From the NCBI GenBank assembly GCA_038841535.1, contig JAWBTQ010000016.1:14047-28107 (forward strand): a DNA stretch of 14,061 nt, read 5' to 3'. This stretch comes from Sulfolobales archaeon (lineage in GTDB: Archaea > Thermoproteota > Thermoprotei_A > Sulfolobales > NBVN01). Of the stretch, positions 1 through 8,022 are shown piece by piece. The position numbers and the translations under genes are program-made. How positions within the stretch are numbered: the stretch's first letter is position 1; every line of letters starts with the position of its first letter. The notes beneath the pieces were generated by a model. It was given only the letters and a program-made list of their open reading frames with translations. It ran no database searches and was not told where the DNA came from.

Positions 1-1226
1 CCCTCAGTATACAGTGGAACCTTAAACGACACCCTCCTATAGGCTAAGTACGGATAGTCTTTTCTCACGTCTCTGTAGAGTCCTGAAGCCCTAGCGACAG
101 GACCTACGACACTGAGGGCTCTAGCTTCAGCCTTAGTTAGAACTCCAGTACCAGAGGCCCTCGACTTGATCTGAGGAACGGCTAGCATAGCCTTAACTAG
201 CTCAGTGAACTCCTTTCTTAAGTCTGTAATTGTTTTGAGAACTCTATCGATCTTCTCTGTGTTTATGTCTTTTCTCACACCACCGATTAAGTTAATTCCG
301 TAGGTCTTCCTAGAGCCAGTTAAGTACTCAGCTAGGACCATGACCTGCTCGCGGATTCTCCAAGCGTGCATAAATCCAGCATCATAACCCAGTAGATGGG
401 CCGCAACACCAAGCCAAAGGAGGTGGCTGTGGAGCCTCTCTACCTCAAGAACTATCGACCTAATGAATTCAGCCCTCTCCGGAACTGCTATACCTGCTGC
501 CTTCTCAACCGCCATTACGTAACAAGAGGAGTGCACAAACCCGCATATACCGCATATTCTCTCAGCTAAAAACGGGACTTGCTTGTAAGTAAACCTCTGC
601 GACTCAGCTAGCTTCTCAATGCCTCTGTGGACGTGGAACCCCCTATACGCTATATCGACTACTTTCTCACCTTCAACGTATAGCTCGAAGTACTCAGGTT
701 CGTGAAGTGCCGGGTGATAGGGGCCTACAGGTACACCAGCTTCCTCCGGGAGCTCTTCTCGCAGGACCCTAGAAGGCTTCTCATCGTACTTAAACTCCTT
801 TCTCAGCGGATACACTCCGTCAGGCCAGTCCTCAGGCAGAACTAGCCTTTTAGTGAGCCTACCTCTAAAGTCAATCCCCAGTAGGTCGCGGACTTCAAGC
901 TCGCACCAGTCTGCTGCTGGAACGTCTGGAACTATAGAGGCAGACCAGGGGTCGCCTTCGGGAACTAGTACTCTTAAGACCACATCTACCCCTTGTTCGT
1001 CTAACCCGAATATGTAGTAGACAGCGAGCATTCCACTAAGCTCTCTCTCGTCAACGCCAGCGCAAGTCCTAAGGTAAGCTCCTGAGCTATATAGAGCCTT
1101 AGCCACGGCTCTAACGCTTTCTCTAGTTGCTCTAAGGTACACTTCAGAGTCTTTTACTTCTTCAACAACTGCTCCGAGCCCCTCTAAAACCTTGACTGTG
1201 TTTGAGAGTACTGATTCGTTTTTCAT
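1..1226 (-). CDS. hycE: Group 4 membrane-bound [NiFe]-hydrogenase large subunit, HycE-like NuoC/NuoD fusion; 3' end runs off the window
   Basis: Not in the ORF track; translated by hand. ATG at 1226 overlaps the upstream TGA (ATGA), and the frame is open to base 1. NuoC-like part: ADWCELEVRDLLGIDF..KRLVLPEDWPDGVYPLRK. Catalytic part: PVGPYHPALHEP, HVHRGIEKLAE, L1 Ni motif ERICGICGFVH (Cys codons within 543-554), ELEV-like LEVERLHSHLLWLG, GPVARASG. The C-terminal L2 CxxC lies outside the window. Confidence 0.93.
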   Translation of the reverse strand, partial: MKNESVLSNTVKVLEGLGAVVEEVKDSEVYLRATRESVRAVAKALYSSGAYLRTCAGVDERELSGMLAVYYIFGLDEQGVDVVLRVLVPEGDPWSASIVPDVPAADWCELEVRDLLGIDFRGRLTKRLVLPEDWPDGVYPLRKEFKYDEKPSRVLREELPEEAGVPVGPYHPALHEPEYFELYVEGEKVVDIAYRGFHVHRGIEKLAESQRFTYKQVPFLAERICGICGFVHSSCYVMAVEKAAGIAVPERAEFIRSIVLEVERLHSHLLWLGVAAHLLGYDAGFMHAWRIREQVMVLAEYLTGSRKTYGINLIGGVRKDINTEKIDRVLKTITDLRKEFTELVKAMLAVPQIKSRASGTGVLTKAEARALSVVGPVARASGLYRDVRKDYPYLAYRRVSFKVPLYTE

Positions 1227-2077
1227 AGCCCCAACCCGAAAGAGAGAACTAGAGTCAAGGATAAAGAGAAGAGTGAAACATAGAGAAACCTAATCGCTAG
1301 GTCAACCCTACTCCTCCCAAGTATGGTGCTAACTATCGTGTGAGTTACCCACGTAATCGGGGTTGCGATAACTACAGCCATGAGAGAGCTGAAACCGCTT
1401 AGTCCAACAAACGAAGTTAGTGCGAGAGCCGTTAGAGTAGCGGAAACAAGCTTCTTTAGAACAGACGAAGTTGTTGCTAAGCCAAGTAGAGGTCCGGCGA
1501 GCTCTATATTCACACCAGAAGCTAGCTCTGGCTCGGCTTCAGCTATGTCGTACGGTACTCTACCGCTAATAACGTAAGAAGATATAGCTAAGACAGCTGT
1601 TGCGATGCTCTTCGAAGCTAGAGAGCCAGCACCAGAGGCGAGAAGAAGGAAGGATAGAGCCAGAAAGGGCTCGGCCGAGAGCATCAGGGAGAACTCTCTA
1701 AAACCACCTACTATAGAAAAGACGTTGTTTTGAGATACGGCTCTAACGATTGCTAGAGTCGTTACAATACTAGTTAGCACTATGAAAGTCACAGCCTCAA
1801 GAAGGGCGGTTTTTCCAAGGCCGTAGCTCGAGATGTGAAGCAAGATAGTTGAGGACGCTATTAGCGTAAGAAGCTCTAGTGCTGTCACTAGAGTATACCA
1901 AATGCCACCTACTGGCACAACGATCTCCTTGGTGAAGAGCTTGAGTATGTCATACCACGTCTGGAGTATCGGTGGTCCTATCCTTGTGTGAATAGCTGCT
2001 CTAATCTTTCTCTCCAATCCGTCATATACTGGTGCTAGTGCGAGAGACAAGATCGCGACGGCTATGCTATACAGCAC
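1223..2077 (-). CDS. hycD: Hydrogenase membrane anchor, NuoH/HycD/MbhM family
   Basis: ERKIRAAIHTRIGPP.LQTWYDILKL and PYDIAEAEPELASG motifs; multiple hydrophobic helices; lies directly upstream of hycE. Confidence 0.9.
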   Translation of the reverse strand: MLYSIAVAILSLALAPVYDGLERKIRAAIHTRIGPPILQTWYDILKLFTKEIVVPVGGIWYTLVTALELLTLIASSTILLHISSYGLGKTALLEAVTFIVLTSIVTTLAIVRAVSQNNVFSIVGGFREFSLMLSAEPFLALSFLLLASGAGSLASKSIATAVLAISSYVISGRVPYDIAEAEPELASGVNIELAGPLLGLATTSSVLKKLVSATLTALALTSFVGLSGFSSLMAVVIATPITWVTHTIVSTILGRSRVDLAIRFLYVSLFSLSLTLVLSFGLGL

Positions 2078-2423
2078 CCCTCAACACCACAACTACCAAC
2101 ATCGCTATCGTAGTTAAGACTCCCGCCAGTAGTGACGAAAAAGCTACTGATGTCTCGAGGGACCGCCTAAACCACTCGAGGTACTTAATTGCGGTAGTCG
2201 TGTACTTCCTAAGGTCAAACTCCACTATGGCGAAGTACTGTGGGAGGTTTATTACGGCCCTCACGACCTTGGTGAATATGTAGCTGGCTTTAGACCCCTT
2301 TTGCTCCGGTAGTGGACCACTCAGCTCAGTAACTTGATCGAAAATGACTAAGCTATCTACAAACATGAGCTTCTTGATGTACTCCTCCATTCTTCTCACT
2401 ACACTCGACTTAACGTGGCTCAG
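2067..2423 (-). CDS. Small membrane-anchored protein, probably the detached C-terminal part (amphipathic helix plus last TM) of the HycC-like subunit
   Basis: Amphipathic middle region and one C-terminal TM (LLAGVLTTIAMLVVVVLRGAV); the stop overlaps the hycD start. Start is uncertain: CTG 2423 (SD GGAGGTG 7 nt upstream, CTGA overlap), GTG 2399 or ATG 2390. Confidence 0.65.
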   Translation of the reverse strand: MSHVKSSVVRRMEEYIKKLMFVDSLVIFDQVTELSGPLPEQKGSKASYIFTKVVRAVINLPQYFAIVEFDLRKYTTTAIKYLEWFRRSLETSVAFSSLLAGVLTTIAMLVVVVLRGAV

Positions 2424-3928
2424 GGTCTAGCACCTCCTAGCCATACTTCGTCTTTTCTACCGCGCTTTAGAACCGTGTAGGTGATCCACCCAGCAATACC
2501 GAACAGAGCACTGAAGAGAGTGAGCAGAGCGAGCACCTGCGGAATTAGGTCGACTATGGGACCTGGGGCTATGCTCCCGATTACGTAGTACGTGAGGAAT
2601 AGTGACGATACAGATAGAGATAGCACGTAAGGAGCTAGCTTCATGCCAGATGGGTCTAGCTCCTCGTACCTGTATGTCGGGTTCCCCATATGGGCTAGAA
2701 GGTATCTAACGCTGTACCCTATAGATAGTGCTACTTCAAACGCTATAACTAGTGTGATAGCTAAGTAGACCCAGGATGCCGGTATGTGGCTGGCCAGCGT
2801 CATGAACACTATGAGCTTACTTAGGAAGCCTAGTGTCGGTGGAACTCCGACTAGTGAGAGAACGGACATTAACGCAGAGAGAGTCTCACTGGGGGCTATT
2901 CTAGATACGTACCCGAGCTTTTCTAGAGTTCTTGTGTGAGTGAGTAACTCAATTACACCGGAGTCCATGAACAGAGATGCTTTGTATATTGCATGAGCGG
3001 CAGCGTAGATAGTTGCAGCCGCCAGAAAATCTGGCGAACCCGACATCACGTACAGCCCTATGAGTATAGTCATAGCGCTTGTATGGGATATGGTGCTATA
3101 GGCTAAGATCCTCTTGATATCCGATTGAACGAGAGCCTGGAGGCCTCCGTAGATAGCCGTTAAAGACCCGAACACGAGGCAGGCCGCTACAGCAGCGTCT
3201 ACACTTACCGTCCGCAGTAGCGCAAGCCTAACTAGACCGTATACTCCCATCTTAACCATGAGACCTGAGAGGACTGCCGACCCAGGCGATGGAGCCATAG
3301 AGTGAGCGTCTGGGAGCCAGAAGTGGAGTGGTGCCACTGCCGCTTTCGCCATAAAGCCCAACATTGCGATGACCGTTAGAACTGGTGAGCTTAAGTCGAG
3401 CACTAGTGATGTGAGTGGAGTACTCACTGACGGTCCTAGGCCCGTAAGAGCTAGCAGTAGGAGTAGGGATAGGTCTGCTGGAACCATAGACACTATAAGG
3501 TATCTGAGTCCGGCTGACCAAGCCCTGGGGTTTACCCCAATCATGGCGTCGTAAACTACTACGAAGAACCCGAGCATCTCGGCTACTAGCCATATAGCAA
3601 CTAGCTCTATTAGGTACTTAGATGTAAAAACGAGTATAGTAGAGAGAGTAAAGAAGTCTACAAGTGGCTGTAGAGCTCCAGTACCATACTTCCTATTTGA
3701 GTACCCTGGCGTATATAGAGTAACTAGGGAAGCTGTTACGACGGAAACTACGAGGAGTACCGACGGAAATGTCTCCAAGTACCAGCCGTAGAGCAGTAGC
3801 AGGAGAACTACGTAACCGAGGACTCTCAGTGTAGCACCTAATCTACCTGCTCTAAAAGAGCCTAGGTTGCCGAAGAAAAGTAGCGATATCGAGGCAGCGT
3901 AGATCGAGTACCTAAAGAACTCTATCAC
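2420..3928 (-). CDS. hycC: Antiporter-like ion-translocating hydrogenase subunit, HycC/HyfB (NuoL/M/N family)
   Basis: WLVAEMLG, GFMAKAAVAPLHFWLPDAHSMAPSPGSAVLSG.MVKMGVYG, DIKRILAYSTISH, HAIYKASLF, GVPPTLGFLSK; TAGTG overlap with the upstream gene. Confidence 0.85.
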   Translation of the reverse strand: MIEFFRYSIYAASISLLFFGNLGSFRAGRLGATLRVLGYVVLLLLLYGWYLETFPSVLLVVSVVTASLVTLYTPGYSNRKYGTGALQPLVDFFTLSTILVFTSKYLIELVAIWLVAEMLGFFVVVYDAMIGVNPRAWSAGLRYLIVSMVPADLSLLLLLALTGLGPSVSTPLTSLVLDLSSPVLTVIAMLGFMAKAAVAPLHFWLPDAHSMAPSPGSAVLSGLMVKMGVYGLVRLALLRTVSVDAAVAACLVFGSLTAIYGGLQALVQSDIKRILAYSTISHTSAMTILIGLYVMSGSPDFLAAATIYAAAHAIYKASLFMDSGVIELLTHTRTLEKLGYVSRIAPSETLSALMSVLSLVGVPPTLGFLSKLIVFMTLASHIPASWVYLAITLVIAFEVALSIGYSVRYLLAHMGNPTYRYEELDPSGMKLAPYVLSLSVSSLFLTYYVIGSIAPGPIVDLIPQVLALLTLFSALFGIAGWITYTVLKRGRKDEVWLGGARP

Positions 3929-4419
3929 TAGGTCTCACCTAGTTGGACGATACGTGCTAGTGCGCGCTTCTTTACTTCATCTCCGACAACTCTAGGCCCT
4001 CCTACTAGTATGGCCCTACTTGGGCACATCGCTACGCAGGCCGGCGTTAGCCCATCACTCCTCAGCGTTCTACACAAATCGCACTTTATTGAAGTCCTTG
4101 TAACTTCGCTGTAGTCCGGTATACCGAACGGGCAAGCGTATAGGCAGGCCATGCAGCCGATGCACTTAGATAGCTCTACATACACCGCACCCTGTGAGTC
4201 CCTCCTCATAGCTCCCGTTGGGCAAGCCTCTATGCACGGAGCTTTACTGCAGTGGAAGCATGATATCGGTCTCTTAACGCCTCCTCCAAGCTCGTAGAGC
4301 TTTATGAAAGGACCTAGCTCATGTATGAACTCGCATACTGCTTCACAGGTTTCGCATCCCATACACTTAGAGTAGTCAATTACTCTCAGAAGGATTCCAG
4401 TATCGGGCACTCCCATCAC
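3928..4419 (-). CDS. Four-[4Fe-4S] electron-transfer subunit (HycB/DmsB/CooF family)
   Basis: Four cluster motifs: CMGCETCEAVC, CFHCSKAPCIEACP, CIGCMACLYACP, CDLC...PACVAMCP. Start is GTG 4419 or ATG 4416. Confidence 0.92.
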   Translation of the reverse strand: MMGVPDTGILLRVIDYSKCMGCETCEAVCEFIHELGPFIKLYELGGGVKRPISCFHCSKAPCIEACPTGAMRRDSQGAVYVELSKCIGCMACLYACPFGIPDYSEVTRTSIKCDLCRTLRSDGLTPACVAMCPSRAILVGGPRVVGDEVKKRALARIVQLGET

Positions 4420-5477
4420 CTCGACACGAGAGTTTTCACAGATAAAAACCTATCTATCTCCTTTGCGGCGTGTAGGCCTAGCCTAACGGCTTGACCTATC
4501 TTCGAGGGGCCTGTAACAACATCCCCAGCTGCGAAAACGCTAGTGCCTGGCACGCGGTAGGTTCTATCTACAGCTATCCTCCCGTCTTTACCTACATACT
4601 TACCAATGCCACCGCATTCAGAGGCTACTGGTGGCGTAGGGATCTCGCCGATAGCCGCTATGACGACGTCAGCCCCTACCTCGAACTCGCTCCCGGGAAT
4701 GGGGACCGGTCTCGGCCTGCCGGTTTCGTCTGGCTCACCAAGCTTCATTTTCTGAAATACTAGACCTCTAGCGACGCTGTTCTCCGCGATCACACTCTTT
4801 GGTGCGGCAAGCTCTATCCAGTTCACACCCAACCTCATAAGTCTCCTCACTTCGTATTCACCCGCTGGCGCCTCCTTTATCGTCCTTCGGTAGACTAAGT
4901 ACACTTCTTGAGCTCCCTTCATTAAGCTCTCTTCAGCAGCATCTATAGCACTCAGACCCCCACCTACAACCACAACTCTCCTAACGCCACCCAGGTGGCC
5001 TGCCTTAAGGCCTAGCTCCTCGAGATGTAGGTCGAGTAGGAACTCTAGTGCCGACATAACGTTCTTAGCGTCGTCACCGGGAATACCGAGCCTCCTAGAG
5101 CGCCAGGTCCCAGTAGCGATGAGTACGGCATCGTAACCTTCAGTAAGCTTGAGCATGTCTAGCGAGTTGGAGGCTAGCTCGTCACCCTCGTCCCGCCTCT
5201 CACCGCAAGCTACTTTAGTGGATAGAGTAAACTTAACACCGAACTTGTCCTTAAGCTCCTCTACTCCCTCCATAACGCTGTCCAACGGGATCCTGTACTT
5301 GGGTATAGCGAAAGTCATCATGCCACCGGGTAATGGCAGCTTCTCGTATACGTCAACCTCGTATCCCCTACATACAAGAAAACCTGTCGCAGACAGCCCT
5401 GCTGGACCCGCACCAATAACCGCTACTCTAAAGCGGGAAGCACCCGGCTTCTGCCGGCACAGGAAGGTGAATCTCAT
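4416..5477 (-). CDS. FAD/NAD(P)H-dependent oxidoreductase, glutamate synthase small chain (GltD)-like, without the N-terminal Fe-S domain
   Basis: FAD motif VAVIGAGPAG; GGMMTFAIPKYRIP; YDAVLIATG; nicotinamide motif VVVVGGGLSAIDAA..VYRRT; C-terminal VFAAGDVVTGP. No N-terminal Cys cluster motifs. Confidence 0.9.
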   Translation of the reverse strand: MRFTFLCRQKPGASRFRVAVIGAGPAGLSATGFLVCRGYEVDVYEKLPLPGGMMTFAIPKYRIPLDSVMEGVEELKDKFGVKFTLSTKVACGERRDEGDELASNSLDMLKLTEGYDAVLIATGTWRSRRLGIPGDDAKNVMSALEFLLDLHLEELGLKAGHLGGVRRVVVVGGGLSAIDAAEESLMKGAQEVYLVYRRTIKEAPAGEYEVRRLMRLGVNWIELAAPKSVIAENSVARGLVFQKMKLGEPDETGRPRPVPIPGSEFEVGADVVIAAIGEIPTPPVASECGGIGKYVGKDGRIAVDRTYRVPGTSVFAAGDVVTGPSKIGQAVRLGLHAAKEIDRFLSVKTLVSR

Positions 5478-5505
5478 TTTCTCCCACTCAACTGGTGTTC
5501 TAACC

Positions 5506-5513
5506 TTTTTAAA
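5506..5513 (-). promoter_or_regulatory. Probable TATA box of an internal promoter for the hydrogenase block
   Basis: Minus-strand TTTAAAAA ending 29 nt before ATG 5477, in the only sizeable gap (5478-5555) of the cluster; GGGAG SD-like element precedes the ATG. Confidence 0.6.
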
Positions 5514-5527
5514 TACGTTACTTTACC

Positions 5528-5544
5528 GCTTATACTATATAAGC
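5528..5544. promoter_or_regulatory. Perfect palindrome GCTTATA-N3-TATAAGC, candidate operator
   Basis: 7-bp inverted repeat read directly, about 15 nt upstream of the internal TATA box. Confidence 0.5.
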
Positions 5545-5555
5545 AAGACATAGAG

Positions 5556-7103
5556 TCACACCCCGATTACGGCTTTAACATAGTCGGCGTAGTTCATTCC
5601 TGCGCTACCCACACCAGCTACGGCTTCACTCACCTCTGGTACCGCTATTACCGCAACGCCGAGTAGGATTAGTGTGAGAGTAGTTATAGCTATAACTACG
5701 TTAGGTATCCAGCAGTTCAGTAGTCTAGAATCTTCCCTCACTTTCGGTGCTGACCTGATGAGGTAGTTCATAAGCCTAACGTAGCCTATCCCAGATATAC
5801 CTGTTGATGCTACGAGGACTATCGCACTCACTAGGTAGCCTACCTCGAGGACTGCCATGAATATGAAGAGCTTGCTCCAGAAGCCTACGAACAGTGGTAC
5901 TATCCCGAACAGGTTGAGGAGGCCGACTATGAAGGCCGAAGACGCTACCTTGCTTCTCCTCAGAGCACCAAGGCTCTCTAAAGACCTACCGGTAGCAACA
6001 ACCGCTATACCGGCAGTATAGAAAAGGAGGGCTTCACTAAGGGAGTTCGAAATAAGCTGGAGAATTCCCGCAGAAACACCTCTCTGAGTACCAGTAGTAA
6101 TTGCCATGAACGCTAGACCCATGTGGCTGATCGTGCTGTAGGCAACGAACTTCTTGATGTCTGTTTGAACGAGCAGCAGTAGTGCTCCAACTAGAGCTGA
6201 AACAGCTCCTAGTACATGGAGCAGTAATAGGATGTCGTACCTCAAGGCCTCCATGACGCTCCCTTCACCGAATAGTGTGTATAGAAACCTCATGACTCCG
6301 TAGGCACCTATGAGGTCAATAACAGCTACGAAGAGAGCTGAAACAGGTGTCGGTGCCTCCGGGTTGGCGTCCGGAAGCCAGAAGTGGTTGGGGAATATGG
6401 CGGCTTTAAACGTGAAGGTCCAGGCAGACAAAGCTATCGCTATAGCTGACGAAAAAGCTATATTACCGAAGATTCCCCCACTATACTCAGTTACTGCCTC
6501 CGGAAGCCTCGACTTCATGGCTATGTCAGCCATATTGAGGGTTCCGTAGGACCCGTAGACTATGAATGCTGCTAGTAGGTATAGTGAAGTAGCTACTATA
6601 CCCACTATCGCGTACCTAATCGAAGCCTCTATAGCTTTCGGGTTGTCTCGGTAAAAGGAAACCAAGACGTATGCGGAGAGAGATAGAACTTCGAGCATGA
6701 CGAAGAAGTTGAAGATGTCTCCAGTGTATAGACAGCCGACAGACCCCGCACCTAGAGACAGCATGAACGTGTAGTATAGGTACTCACCACGAGACCTAAC
6801 CATCCACGTACTATATAGAGTGGACATAGTGAGTATGAACATCGATAGGAGAGCTAGAGAGCTACTCAAAGAGTCTACGGTGTACACTATGCCGAACGGG
6901 GGCTTAAAGCCGCCGAACCAATAGGTAACTACTTTACCTCCCCGAGTCTCTAGAGCTACAGCTAAGGCCATGAAGAGGCCGACTAAGGATATCGCAAATG
7001 CGTAGACTCTGAAGTACTTAGGGTTTTTGACTACTAGTGAGAGCCCGGGTAGGAGGAATGCGGCACCCATTAGAAATAGGGGCAGTAGCCCAGCTAACAG
7101 CAC
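5556..7103 (-). CDS. mrpD: Mrp/Mnh antiporter subunit D (MbhH-like)
   Basis: YWFGGFKPPFGIVYTVDSLS, TGDIFNFFVMLEVLS, GTLNMADIA, FKAAIFPNHFWLPDA..EAPTPVSA, DIKKFVAYSTISHMG, GFWSK. Confidence 0.9.
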   Translation of the reverse strand: MLLAGLLPLFLMGAAFLLPGLSLVVKNPKYFRVYAFAISLVGLFMALAVALETRGGKVVTYWFGGFKPPFGIVYTVDSLSSSLALLSMFILTMSTLYSTWMVRSRGEYLYYTFMLSLGAGSVGCLYTGDIFNFFVMLEVLSLSAYVLVSFYRDNPKAIEASIRYAIVGIVATSLYLLAAFIVYGSYGTLNMADIAMKSRLPEAVTEYSGGIFGNIAFSSAIAIALSAWTFTFKAAIFPNHFWLPDANPEAPTPVSALFVAVIDLIGAYGVMRFLYTLFGEGSVMEALRYDILLLLHVLGAVSALVGALLLLVQTDIKKFVAYSTISHMGLAFMAITTGTQRGVSAGILQLISNSLSEALLFYTAGIAVVATGRSLESLGALRRSKVASSAFIVGLLNLFGIVPLFVGFWSKLFIFMAVLEVGYLVSAIVLVASTGISGIGYVRLMNYLIRSAPKVREDSRLLNCWIPNVVIAITTLTLILLGVAVIAVPEVSEAVAGVGSAGMNYADYVKAVIGV

Positions 7104-7109
7104 CCCTCA

Positions 7110-7625
7110 TCACCCGAAGATCTTTTGTGCGTACTTCTCGAACTCCGCTGATATCTCCTCTCTAGCTTTAAGTGGCTCGAACGTTCTTGCTGTAAGCCAG
7201 TGCACGTAGAGAGTCTTCCTCCCGGTATCGACGTCTACTACGACAGTACCTGGTGTATTTGTTATAGAGCCAGCTATTAGGGTCATACCGTAGCTCGTGC
7301 TGACGTAGTACGGAACCTCGACGATAGCCGGTGAGATCCCCATCTTCCTACTCAATACTATCTTAGCTATTCCGATGTGTGCTCTTACTTCCGCTACTAG
7401 CATGTAGTAGAAGTAGTAGCCTGATAGGTAAGCTAGCCGAATAACGTCAGACGCCCTTAGGTCTCGCGAGATCATCACTGGCTTAACTACAGCTGTCGCT
7501 AATGCTGAAGCTACGACCCCTAAGGCTAGGCTAAATGCTGAGGAAGCTCCGGTAAATACCACGTAAAACGCGTATATCATCGAGAAAACGGCTAGGTAGC
7601 TCAAGACTCTACCCAACTGAACCAC
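7110..7625 (-). CDS. mrpE: Mrp/Mnh antiporter subunit E (MbhA-like)
   Basis: ISPAIVEVP, LIAGSITNTPGTVVVDV, LYVHWL, FEKYAQKIF. Start may be TTG 7616 (SD GAGGGTGG). Confidence 0.9.
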   Translation of the reverse strand: MVQLGRVLSYLAVFSMIYAFYVVFTGASSAFSLALGVVASALATAVVKPVMISRDLRASDVIRLAYLSGYYFYYMLVAEVRAHIGIAKIVLSRKMGISPAIVEVPYYVSTSYGMTLIAGSITNTPGTVVVDVDTGRKTLYVHWLTARTFEPLKAREEISAEFEKYAQKIFG

Positions 7626-8022
7626 CCTCTACGACTCTAACGTGAGTTGTCTTGTAGTGTCTGTAGTACATGACTATCAGACCAACTAAAAACATGTAGA
7701 CAGCTAAACCGATTACTATAGCGGTTAGAACTAGAGCCTGCGGCACTGGGTCGACAGCGGTCTCAGAGAATGTGGCTAGCTCACTGGATTCTTCCGGCAC
7801 TGAGCTAAGTACTGCTATTGATGGGTAAGTATCGCTCACACGTCTAAAACCTATCGCTATAGCGAAGCTGTTTAGAGTGTCGGAGAATATGGTTAAGCAT
7901 ATGAACTTCTTCACTAGAGAAGGCCTCGTAAAGACGCCGTAAAGAGATATCCCTATGTTGACTACTAGCGAGAGAACTATTATTGTGTATAGAGTTACTA
8001 CTGGGTCACTCATACCACTCAC
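7609..8022 (-). CDS. mrpC: Mrp/Mnh antiporter subunit C (MbhG-like)
   Basis: SLVKKFICL, VDPVPQALVLTAIVIG signature. Likely start is ATG 8013 (SD GGGTGAG). Confidence 0.92.
   Translation of the reverse strand: MSGMSDPVVTLYTIIVLSLVVNIGISLYGVFTRPSLVKKFICLTIFSDTLNSFAIAIGFRRVSDTYPSIAVLSSVPEESSELATFSETAVDPVPQALVLTAIVIGLAVYMFLVGLIVMYYRHYKTTHVRVVEGGSVG

Noticed and set aside
2417-2428. prfB-like +1 frameshift at CCC-TGA with upstream SD
   Set aside because: The +1 frame stops after three codons (CCT GAG CCA CGT TAA); the downstream ORF is in the -1 frame and there is no X-XXY-YYZ slippery heptamer.
4416-5477. Annotation as a true glutamate synthase small subunit (gltD)
   Set aside because: Lacks the N-terminal Fe-S domain, has no gltB neighbour and is coupled to hydrogenase genes.
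5497-5504. SurR-type GTT-N3-AAC site at the internal promoter
   Set aside because: The sequence is GTT-CT-AAC (2-nt spacer), which does not fit the consensus.
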